Source: Eledone cirrhosa (lineage: Eukaryota). Taken from it: DNA of 64,000 nt. The notes under the pieces were generated by a model, which ran no database searches, was not told the origin of the DNA, and was given only the letters and a program-made list of their open reading frames with translations. Every line of letters begins with the position of its first letter. Position 1 is the first letter of the stretch. The DNA is taken from contig OZ024740.1 of the NCBI GenBank assembly GCA_964016885.1, forward strand, positions 28,086,001 through 28,150,000. Direction: 5' to 3'. Both the position numbers and the translations under genes were made by a program. This document shows, in pieces, positions 15,001 to 28,100 of the stretch.

Positions 15001-18000
15001 AGATCTTCCTGAGTTTATATGATTTCCCTGAATATATGTGATTTTCCTGAGTATATGTGATTTTCCTGAGTATATATGATTTTCCTGACTATATGTGATT
15101 TCCCTGAGTATATGTGATTTGTCTGAGTATATGTGATTTCACTAGGTATATGTGATTTTCCTGAGTATATGTGATTTTCCTGACTATATGTGATTTTCCT
15201 GACTATGTGATTTTCCTGAGTATATGTGATTTTCCTGACTATATGTGATTTTCTTGAGTATATGTGATTTTCCTGAGTATAAGTGATTTCCCGGAGTATA
15301 TGTGATTTTCCTGAGTATATGTGATCTTCCTGAGTATATGTGATTTTCCTGAGTATATGTGATTTTCCTGACTATATGTGATTTTCCTGAGTATATGCGA
15401 TTTCCCTGAGTATATGTGATTTCCTGAGTATATGTGATTTTCATGACTATATGTGATTTCCTAGAGTATATGTGATTTTCATGACTATGTGATTTTCCTG
15501 ACAATATGTGTTTTTCCTGAGTATATGTGATTTTCTTGAGTATATAAAATTTCCCTGAGTATATGTGATTTTCCTGAGCATATGTGATTTTCCTGACTAT
15601 ATGTGATTTCCCGCAGTATATGTGATTTTCCTGAGTATATGTGATTTTCCTGAGTATATGTGATCTTCCTGAGTATATGTGATTTTCCTGAGTATACGTG
15701 ATTTTCCTGAGTATATGTGATTTTCCTCAGTATATGTGATTTTTCTGAGTATATGTGATCTTCCTGAGTATATGTGATTTCCCTGACTATATGTGATTTT
15801 CCTGATTATATGTGATCTTCCTGAGTATATCTGATTTTCCTGAGTATATGTGATTTCCCTGAGTATATGTGATTTTCCTGAGTACATGTGATTTTCATGA
15901 CTATATGTTATTTTCCTGAGTATATGTGATTTTCATGACTATGTGATTTTCCTGACAATATGTGATTTTCCTGAGTATATGTGATTTTCCTGAGTATATG
16001 TGATTTTCCTGAGTGTATGTGATTTTCCTGAGTATATGTGATTTTCCTGACTATATGTGGTTTTCTTGAGTATATGTGATCTTCCTGAGTATATGTGATT
16101 TTCCTGAGTATGTGCGATTTTCCTGAGTATATGTGATTTTCCTGACTATATGAGATCTTCCTGAGTTTATATGATTTTCCTGAATATATGTGATTTTCCT
16201 GAGTATATGTGATTTTCCTGAGTATATATGATTTTCCTGACTATATGTGATTTCCCTGAGTATATGTGATTTGTCTGAGTATATGTGATTTCACTAGGTA
16301 TATGTGATTTTCCTGAGTATATGTGATTTTCCTGAGTATATGTGATTTCCTGACTATATGTGATTTTCTTGAGTATATGTGATTTTCCTGAGTATAAGTG
16401 ATTTCCCTGAGTATATGTGATTTTCCTGACTATTTGTAATTTTCCTGGCTGTATGTGATTTTCTTGACTATATGTGATTTTCCTGAGTATATGTGATTTC
16501 CCTGACTATATGTGATTTCCCGGAGTATATGTGATTTTCCTGACTATATGTGATTTTCCTGACAATATGTGATTTTCCTGAGTATGTGTGATTTCCCTGA
16601 GTATATGTGATTTTCATGAGAATATGTGATATTCCTGAGTATATGTGATTTTCCTGATTATATGTGATTTTCCTGAGTATATGTGATCTTCCTGAGTATA
16701 TGTGATTTTCCTGAGTATATGCGAATTTCCTGAGTATATGTGATTTTGCTGAGTATATGTGATTTCCTTGAGTATATGTGATTTCCCTGACTATATGTGA
16801 TTTTCCTGAGTATATGTGATTTCCCTGAGTATATGTGATCTTCCTGAGTATATGTGATTTTCCTGAGTATATGCGATTTTCCGAGTATATGTGATTTTCC
16901 TGACTATATGTGATCTTCCTGAGTATATGTGATTTTCCTGAGTATATGTGATTTTCCTGACTATTTGTAATTTTCCTGAGAATATGTGATTTTCCTGACT
17001 ATAAGTGATTTTCCTGAGTATACGTGATTTTCCTGACTATATGTGATTTTCTTGAGTATATGTGATTTTCCTGAGTATATGTGATTTTCCTGAGTATATG
17101 TGATTTCCCTGAGTATATGTGATTTTCCTGACTATTTGTGATTTTCCTGACAGTATGTGATTTTCCTGAGTATATGTGATTTTCCTGACTATATGTGATT
17201 TTCCTGAGTATATGTGATTTCCCTGACTATATGTGATTTTCCTGAGTATATGTGATTTTCCTGAGTATATGTGATTTTTCTGAGTATATGTGATCTTCCT
17301 GAGTATATGTGATTTCCCTGACTATATGTGATTTTCCTGATTATATGTGATCTTCCTGAGTATATATGATTTTCCTGAGTATATGTGATTTCCCTGAGTA
17401 TATGTGATTTTCCTGAGTACATGTGAATTTCATGACTATATGTGATTTTCCTGAGTATATGTGATTTTCATGACTATGTGATTTTCCTGACAATATGTGA
17501 TTTTCCTGAGTATATGTGATTTTCCTGAGTATATGTGATTTCCTGAGTGTATGTGATTTTCCTGAGTATATGTGATTTTCCTGACTATATGTGGTTTTCT
17601 TGAGTATATGTGATCTTCCTGAGTATATGTGATTTTCCTGAGTATATGCGATTTTCCTGAGTATATGTGATTTTCCTGACTATATGAGATCTTCCTGAGT
17701 TTATATGATTTCCCTGAATATATGTGATTTTCCTGAGTATATGTGATTTTCCTGAGTATATATGATTTTCCTGACTATATGTGATTTCCCTGAGTATATG
17801 TGATTTGTCTGAGTATATGTGATTTCACTAGGTATATGTGATTTTCCTGAGTATATGTGATTTTCCTGACTATATGTGATTTTCCTGACTATGTGATTTT
17901 CCTGAGTATATGTGATTTTCCTGACTATATGTGATTTTCTTGAGTATATGTGATTTTCCTGAGTATAAGTGATTTCCCGGAGTATATGTGATTTTCCTGA

Positions 18001-19100
18001 GTATATGTGATCTTCCTGAGTATATGTGATTTTCCTGAGTATATGTGATTTTCCTGACTATATGTGATTTTCCTGAGTATATGCGATTTCCCTGAGTATA
18101 TGTGATTTCCTGAGTATATGTGATTTTCATGACTATATGTGATTTCCCAGAGTATATGTGATTTTCATGACTATGTGATTTTCCTGACAATATGTGTTTT
18201 TCCTGAGTATATGTGATTTTCTTGAGTATATAAAATTTCCCTGAGTATATGTGATTTTCCTGAGCATATGTGATTTTCCTGACTATATGTGATTTCCCGC
18301 AGTATATGTGATTTTCCTGAGTATATGTGATTTTCCTGAGTATATGTGATCTTCCTGAGTATATGTGATTTTCCTGAGTATACGTGATTTTCCTGAGTAT
18401 ATGTGATTTTCCTCAGTATATGTGATTTTTCTGAGTATATGTGATCTTCCTGAGTATATGCGATTTCCCTGACTATATGTGATTTTCCTGATTATATGTG
18501 ATCTTCCTGAGTATATCTGATTTTCCTGAGTATATGTGATTTCCCTGAGTATATGTGATTTTCCTGAGTACATGTGATTTTCCTGACAATATGTGATTTT
18601 CCTGAGTATATGTGATTTTCCTGAGTATATGTGATTTTCCTGAGTGTATGTGATTTTCCTGAGTATATGTGATTTTCCTGACTATATGTGGTTTTCTTGA
18701 GTATATGTGATCTTCCTGAGTATATGTGATTTTCCTGAGTATGTGCGATTTTCCTGAGTATATGTGATTTTCCTGACTATATGAGATCTTCCTGAGTTTA
18801 TATGATTTCCCTGAATATATGTGATTTTCCTGAGTATATGTGATTTTCCTGACTATATGTGATTTCCCTGAGTATATGTGATTTGTCTGAGTATATGTGA
18901 TTTCACTAGGTATATGTGATTTTCCTGAGTACATGTGATTTTCCTGAGTATATGTGATTTTCCTGACTATATGTGATTTTCTTGAGTACATGTGATTTTC
19001 CTGAGTATAAGTGATTTCCCTGAGTATATGTGATTTTCCTGACTATTTGTAATTTTCCTGACTGTATGTGATTTTCTTGACTATATGTGATTTTCCTGAG
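1..19100. repeat. Sub-family domain A of the satellite (irregular 1.1-5.2 kb higher-order blocks)
   Basis: Diagnostic variants are essentially confined to this region: GGTTTTCTTGAG/GGTTTGCTTGAG, GCGATTTTCCGAGT (1-bp deletion), TCCTGGCTGTAT, GTGAATTTCATG, GTGTTTTTCC and TTCCTCAGT. Confidence 0.75.
9945..17965. repeat. Near-perfect tandem duplication with a 4010-bp period
   Basis: ORF pairs 10493/14503, 11174/15184, 11587/15597 and 13179/17189 are all +4010. The private variant TTTGTAATTTTCCTGAGAAT occurs at ~12954 and ~16964. Confidence 0.88.
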
Positions 19101-22100
19101 TATATGTGATTTCCCTGACTATATGTGATTTCCCGGAGTATATGTGATTTTCCTGAGTATATGTGATATTCCTGAGTATATGTGATTTTCCTGAGTATAT
19201 GTGATTTTCCTGACTATATGTGATTTTCCTGAGTATATGTGATCTTCCTGAGTATATGTGATTTTACTGAGTATATGCGATTTCCCTGAGTATATGTGAT
19301 TTTCCTGAGTATATGTGATTTTCATGACTATATGTGATTTTCCTGAATATATGTGATTTTCCTGACTATATGTGATTTTCCTGACAATATGAGATTTTCC
19401 TGAGTATGTGTGATTTCCCTGAGTATATGTGATTTTCATGAGAATATGTGATATTCCTGAGTATATGTGATTTTCCTGATTTTATGTGATTTTACTGAGT
19501 ATATGTGATCTTCCTGAGTATATGTGATTTTCCTGAGTATATGCGAATTTCCTGAGTATATGTGATTTTGCTGAGTATATGTGATTTCCTTGAGTATATG
19601 TGATTTCCCTGACTATATGTGATTTTCCTGAGTATATGTGATTTCCCTGAGTATATGTGATCTTCCTGAGTATATGTGATTTTCCTGAGTATATGCGATT
19701 TTCCTGAGTATATGTGATTTTCCTGACTATATGTGATCTTCCTGAGTATATCTGATTTTCCTGAGTATATGTGATTTTCCTGACTATTTGTGATTTTCCG
19801 GAGTATATGTGATTTTCCTGAGTATATGTGATTTTCCTGAGTATATGTGATTTCCCTGAGTATATGTGATTTTCCTGACTATTTGTGATTTTCCTGACTG
19901 TATATGATTTTCCTGAGTATATGTGATTTTACTGACTATATGTGATTTTCCTGAGTATATGTGATTTCCCTGACTATATGTGATTTTCCTGAGTATATGT
20001 GATTTTCCTGAGTATATGTGATTTTTCTGAGTATATGTGATCTTCCTGAGTATATATGATTTCCCTGACTATATGTGATTTTCCTGATTATATGTGATCT
20101 TCCTGAGTATATCTGATTTTCCTGAGTATATGTGATTTCCCTGAGTATATGTGATTTTCCTGAGTACATGTGATTTTCATGACTATATGTGATTTTCCTG
20201 AGTATATGTGATTTTCATGACTATGTGATTTTCCTGACAATATGTGATTTTCCTGAGTATATGTGATTTTCCTGAGTATATGTGATTTCCTGAGTGTATG
20301 TGATTTTCCTGAGTATATGTGATTTTCCTGACTATATGTGGTTTTCATGAGTTTATGTGATCTTCCTGAGTATATGTGATTTTCCTGAGTATTTGAGATC
20401 TTCCTGAGTTTATATGATTTCCCTGAATATATGTGATTTTCCTGAGTATATGTGATTTTCCTGAGTATATATGATTTTCCTGACTATATGTGATTTCCCT
20501 GAGTATATGTGATTTGTCTGAGTATATGTGATTTCACTAGGTATATGTGATTTTCCTGAGTATATGTGATTTTCCTGACTATATGTGATTTTCCTGACTA
20601 TATGTGATTTTCCTGAGTATATGTGATTTTCCTGAGTATAAGTGATTTCCCTGAGTATATGTGATTTTCCTGACTATTTGTAATTTTCCTGACTGTATGT
20701 GATTTTCTTGACTATATGTGATTTTCCTGAGTATATGTGATTTCCCTGACTATATGTGATTTCCCGGAGTATATGTGATTTTCCTGTGTATATGTGATCT
20801 TCCTGAGTATATGCGATTTTCCTGAGTATATGTGATTTTCCTGACTATATGTGATTCTCCTGAGTATATGTGATCTTCCTGAGTATATGTGATTTTACTG
20901 AGTATATGCGATTTCCCTGAGTATATGTGATTTTCCTGAGTATATGTGATTTTCATGACTATATGTGATTTTCCTGAATATATGTGATTTTCCTGACTAT
21001 ATGTGATTTTCCTGACAATATGAGATTTTCCTGAGTATGTGTGATTTCCCTGAGTATATGTGATTTTCATGAGAATATGTGATATTCCCGAGTATATGTG
21101 ATTTTCCTGATTTTATGTGATTTTCCTGAGTATATGTGATCTTCCTGAGTATATGTGATTTTCCTGAGTATATGCGAATTTCCTGAGTATATGTGATTTT
21201 GCTGAGTATATGTGATTTCCTTGAGTATATGTGATTTCCCTGACTATATGTGATTTTCCTGAGTATATGTGATTTCCCTGAGTATATGTGATCTTCCTGA
21301 GTATATGTGATTTTCCTGAGTATATGCGATTTTCCTGAGTATATGTGATTTTCCTGACTATATGTGATCTTCCTGAGTATATGTGATTTTCCTGAGTATA
21401 TGTGATTTTCCTGACTATTTGTGATTTTCCGAAGTATATGTGATTTTCCTGAGTATATGTGATTTTCCTGAGTATATGTGATTTCCCTGAGTATATGTGA
21501 TTTTCCTGACTATTTGTGATTTTCCTGACTGTATATGATTTTCCTGAGTATATGTGATTTTCCTGACTATATGTGATTTTCCTGAGTATATGTGATTTCC
21601 CTGACTATATGTGATTTTCCTGAGTATATGTGATTTTCCTGAGTATATGTGATTTTTCTGAGTATATGTGATCTTCCTGAGTATATGTGATTTCCCTGAC
21701 TATATGTGATTTTCCTGATTATATGTGATCTTCCTGAGTATATCTGATTTTCCTGAGTATATGTGATTTCCCTGAGTATATGTGATTTTCCTGAGTACAT
21801 GTGATTTTCATGACTATATGTGATTTTCCTGAGTATATGTGATTTTCATGACTATGTGATTTTCCTGACAATATGTGATTTTCCTGAGTATATGTGATTT
21901 CCTGAGTGTATGTGATTTTCCTGAGTATATGTGATTTTCCTGACTATATGTGGTTTTCATGAGTTTATGTGATCTTCCTGAGTATATGTGATTTTCCTGA
22001 GTATATGAGATCTTCCTGAGTTTATATGACTTCCCTGAATATATGTGATTTTCCTGAGTATATGTGATTTTCCTGAGTATATATGATTTTCCTGACTATA

Positions 22101-25100
22101 TGTGATTTCCCTGAGTATATGTGATTTGTCTGAGTATATGTGATTTCACTAGGTATACGTGATTTTCCTGAGTATATGTGATTTTCCTGACTATATGTGA
22201 TTTTCCTGACTATATGTGATTTTCCTGAGTATATGTGATTTTCCTGAGTATAAGTGATTTCCCTGAGTATATGTGATTTTCCTGACTATTTGTAATTTTC
22301 CTGACTGTATGTGATTTTCTTGACTATATGTGATTTTCCTGAGTATATGTGATTTCCCTGACTATATGTGATTTCCCGGAGTATATGTGATTTTCCTGTG
22401 TATATGTGATCTTCCTGAGTATATGCGATTTTCCTGAGTATATGTGATTTTCCTGACTATATGTGATTTTCCTGAGTATATGTGATCTCCTGAGTATATG
22501 TGATTTTCCTGAGTATATGCGATTTCCCTGAGTATATGTGATTTTCCTGAGTATATGTGATTTTCATGACTATATGTGATTTTCCTGAGTATATGTGATT
22601 TCCTGACAATATGTGATTTTACTGACTATTTGTGATTTTCCTGACTGTACGTGATTTTCTTGACTATATGTGATTTTCCTGAGTATATGTGATTTTCCTG
22701 AGTATATGTGATTTTCCTGAGTATATGCGATTTTCCTGAGTATATGTGATTTTCCTGACTATATGAGATCTTCCTGAGTTTATATGATTTCCCTGAATAT
22801 ATGTGATTTTCCTGAGTATATGTGATTTTCCTGAGTATATATGATTTTCCAGACTATATGTGATTTCCCTGAGTATATGTGATTTGTCTGAGTATATGTG
22901 ATTTCACTAGGTATATGTGATTTTCCTGAGTATATGTGATTTTCCTGACTATATGTGATTTTCCTAACTATATGTGATTTTGTTGAGTATATGTGATTTT
23001 CCTGAGTATAAGTGATTTCCCTGAGTATATGTGATTTTCCTGACTATTTGTAATTTTCCTGACTGTATGTGATTTTCTTGACTATATGTGATTTTCCTGA
23101 CTATATGTGATTTCCCTGACTATATGTGATTTCCCGGAGTATATGTGATTTTCCTGAGTATATGTGATATTCCTGAGTATATGTGATTTTCCTGAGTATA
23201 TGTGATTTTCCTGACTATATGTGATTTTCCTGAGTATATGTGATCTTCCTGAGTATATGTGATTTTACTGAGTATATGCGATTTCCCTGAGTATATGTGA
23301 TTTTCCTGAGTATATGTGATTTTCATGACTATATGTGATTTTCCTGAATATATGTGATTTTCCTGACTATATGTGATTTTCCTGACAATATGAGATTTTC
23401 CTGAGTATGTGTGATTTCCCTGAGTATATGTGATTTTCATGAGAATATGTGATATTCCTGAGTATATGTGATTTTCCTGATTTTATGTGATTTTACTGAG
23501 TATATGTGATCTTCCTGAGTATATGTGATTTTCCTGAGTATATGCGAATTTCTGAGTATATGTGATTTTGCTGAGTATATGTGATTTCCTTGAGTATATG
23601 TGATTTCCCTGACTATATGTGATTTTCCTGAGTATATGTGATTTCCCTGAGTATATGTGATCTTCCTGAGTATATGTGATTTTCCTGAGTATATGCGATT
23701 TTCCTGAGTATATGTGATTTTCCTGACTATATGTGATCTTCCTGAGTATATCTGATTTTCCTGAGTATATGTGATTTTCCTGACTATTTGTGATTTTCCG
23801 GAGTATATGTGATTTTCCTGAGTATATGTGATTTTCCTGAGTATATGTGATTTCCCTGAGTATATGTGATTTTCCTGACTATTTGTGATTTTCCTGACTG
23901 TATATGATTTTCCTGAGTATATGTGATTTTACTGACTATATGTGATTTTCCTGAGTATATGTGATTTCCCTGACTATATGTGATTTTCCTGAGTATATGT
24001 GATTTTCCTGAGTATATGTGATTTTTCTGAGTATATGTGATCTTCCTGAGTATATATGATTTCCCTGACTATATGTGATTTTCCTGATTATATGTGATCT
24101 TCCTGAGTATATCTGATTTTCCTGAGTATATGTGATTTCCCTGAGTATATGTGATTTTCCTGAGTACATGTGATTTTCATGACTATATGTGATTTTCCTG
24201 AGTATATGTGATTTTCATGGCTATGTGATTTTCCTGACAATATGTGATTTTCCTGAGTATATGTGATTTTCCTGAGTATATGTGATTTCCTGAGTGTATG
24301 TGATTTTCCTGAGTATATGTGATTTTCCTGACTATATGTGGTTTTCATGAGTTTATGTGATCTTCCTGAGTATATGTGATTTTCCTGAGTATTTGAGATC
24401 TTCCTGAGTTTATATGATTTCCCTGAATATATGTGATTTTCCTGAGTATATGTGATTTTCCTGAGTATATATGATTTTCCTGACTATATGTGATTTCCCT
24501 GAGTATATGTGATTTGTCTGAGTATATGTGATTTCACTAGGTATATGTGATTTTCCTGAGTATATGTGATTTTCCTGACTATATGTGATTTTCCTGACTA
24601 TATGTGATTTTCCTGAGTATATGTGATTTTCCTGAGTATAAGTGATTTCCCTGAGTATATGTGATTTTCCTGACTATTTGTAATTTTCCTGACTGTATGT
24701 GATTTTCTTGACTATATGTGATTTTCCTGAGTATATGTGATTTCCCTGACTATATGTGATTTCCCGGAGTATATGTGATTTTCCTGTGTATATGTGATCT
24801 TCCTGAGTATATGCGATTTTCCTGAGTATATGTGATTTTCCTGACTATATGTGATTCTCCTGAGTATATGTGATCTTCCTGAGTATATGTGATTTTACTG
24901 AGTATATGCGATTTCCCTGAGTATATGTGATTTTCCTGAGTATATGTGATTTTCATGACTATATGTGATTTTCCTGAATATATGTGATTTTCCTGACTAT
25001 ATGTGATTTTCCTGACAATATGAGATTTTCCTGAGTATGTGTGATTTCCCTGAGTATATGTGATTTTCATGAGAATATGTGATATTCCCGAGTATATGTG

Positions 25101-28100
25101 ATTTTCCTGATTTTATGTGATTTTCCTGAGTATATGTGATCTTCCTGAGTATATGTGATTTTCCTGAGTATATGCGAATTTCCTGAGTATATGTGATTTT
25201 GCTGAGTATATGTGATTTCCTTGAGTATATGTGATTTCCCTGACTATATGTGATTTTCCTGAGTATATGTGATTTCCCTGAGTATATGTGATCTTCCTGA
25301 GTATATGTGATTTTCCTGAGTATATGCGATTTTCCTGAGTATATGTGATTTTCCTGACTATATGTGATCTTCCTGAGTATATGTGATTTTCCTGAGTATA
25401 TGTGATTTTCCTGACTATTTGTGATTTTCCGAAGTATATGTGATTTTCCTGAGTATATGTGATTTTCCTGAGTATATGTGATTTCCCTGAGTATATGTGA
25501 TTTTCCTGACTATTTGTGATTTTCCTGTTTCCTGAGTATATGTGATTTTCCTGACTATATGTGATTTTCCTGAGTATATGTGATTTCCCTGACTATATGT
25601 GATTTTCCTGAGTATATGTGATTTTCCTGAGTATATGTTGATTTTTTCTGAGTATATGTGATCTTCCTGAGTATATGTGATTTCCCTGACTATATGTGAT
25701 TTTCCTGATTATATGTGATCTTCCTGAGTATATCTGATTTTCCTGAGTATATGTGATTTCCCTGAGTATATGTGATTTTCCTGAGTACATGTGATTTTCA
25801 TGACTATATGTGATTTTCCTGAGTATATGTGATTTTCATGACTATGTGATTTTCCTGACAATATGTGATTTTCCTGAGTATATGTGATTTTCCTCTGAGT
25901 ATATGTGATTTCCTGAGTGTATGTGATTTTCCTGAGTATATGTGATTTTCCTGACTATATGTGGTTTTCATGAGTTTATGTGATCTTCCTGAGTATATGT
26001 GATTTTCCTGATGTATATGAGATCTTCCTGAGTTTATATGACTTCCCTGAATATATGTGATTTTCCTGAGTATATGTGATTTTCCTGAGTATATATGATT
26101 TTCCTGACTATATGTGATTTCCCTGAGTATATGTGATTTGTCTGAGTATATGTGATTTCACTAGGTATAACGTGATTTTCCTGAGTATATGTGATTTTCC
26201 TGACTATATGTGATTTTCCTGACTATATGTGATTTTCCTGAGTATATGTGATTTTCCTGAGCTATAAGTGATTTCCCTGAGTATATGTGATTTTCCTGAC
26301 TATTGTAATTTTCCTGACTGTATGTGATTTTCTTGACTATATGTGATTTTCCTGAGTATATGTGATTTCCCTGACTATATGTGATTTCCCGGAGTATATG
26401 TGATTTTTCCTGTGTATATGTGATCGTCCTGAGTATATGCGATTTTCCTGAGTATATGTGATTTTCCTGACTATATGTGATTTTCCTGAGTATATGTGAT
26501 CTCTCCTGAGTATATGTGATTTTCCTGAGTATATGCTGATTTCCCTGAGTATATGTGATTTTCCTGAGTATATGTGATTTTCATGACTATATGTGATTTT
26601 CCTGAGTATATGTGATTTTCCTGACAATATGTGATTTTACTGACTATTGTGATTTTTCCTGACTGTATGCTGATTTTCTTGACTATATGTGATTTTCCGT
26701 GAGTATATGTGATTTTCCTGAGTATATGTGATTTTCCTGAGTATATGCGATTTTCCTGAGTATATGTGATTTTCCTGACTATATGAGATCTTCCTGAGTT
26801 TATATGATTTCCCTGAATATATGTGATTTTCCTGAGTATATGTGATTTTCCTGAGTATATATGATTTTCCAGACTATATGTGATTTCCCTGAGTATATGT
26901 GATTTGTCTGAGTATATGTGATTTCACTAGGTATATGTGATTTTCCTGAGTATATGTGATTTTCCTGACTATATGTGATTTTCCTAACTATATGTGATTT
27001 TTCTTGAGTATATGTGATTTTCCTGAGTATAAGTGATTTCCCTGAGTATATGTGATTTTCCTGACTATTTGTAATTTTCCTGACTGTATGTGATTTTCTT
27101 GACTATATGTGATTTTCCTGACCTATATGTGATTTCCCTGACTATATGTGATTTCCCGGAGTATATGTGATTTTCCTGAGTATATGTGATCTTCCTGAGT
27201 ATATGTGATTTTCCTGAGTATATGTGATTTTCCTGACTATATGTGATTTTCCTGAGTATATGTGATCTTCCTGAGTATATGTGATTTTACTGAGTATATG
27301 CGATTTCCCTGAGTATATGTGATTTTCCTGAGTATATGTGATTTTCATGACTATATGTGATTTTCCTGAATATATGTGATTTTCCTGACTATATGTGATT
27401 TTCCTGACAATATGAGATTTTCCTGAGTATGTGTGATTTCCCTGAGTATATGTGATTTTCATGAGAATATGTGATATTCCTGAGTATATGTGATTTTCCT
27501 GATTTATGTGATTTTACTGAGTATATGTGATCTTCCTGAGTATATGTGATTTTCCTGAGTATATGCGAATTTCCTGAGTATATGTGATTTTGCTGAGTAT
27601 ATGTGATTTCCTTGAGTATATGTGATTTCCCTGACTATATGTGATTTTCCTGAGTATATGTGATTTCCCTGAGTATATGTGATCTTCCTGAGTATATGTG
27701 ATTTTCCTGAGTATATGCGATTTTCCTGAGTATATGTGATTTTCCTGACTATATGTGATCTTCCTGAGTATATGTGATTTTCCTGAGTATATGTGATTTT
27801 CCTGACTATTTGTGATTTTCCGGAGTATATGTGATTTTCCTGAGTATATGTGATTTTCCTGAGTATATGTGATTTCCCTGAGTATATGTGATTTTCCTGA
27901 CTATTTGTGATTTTCCTGACTGTATATGATTTTCCTGAGTATATGTGATTTTACTGACTATATGTGATTTTCCTGAGTATATGTGATTTCCCTGACTATA
28001 TGTGATTTTCCTGAGTATATGTGATTTTCCTGAGTATATGTGATTTTTCTGAGTATATGTGATCTTCCTGAGTATATGTGATTTCCCTGACTATATGTGA

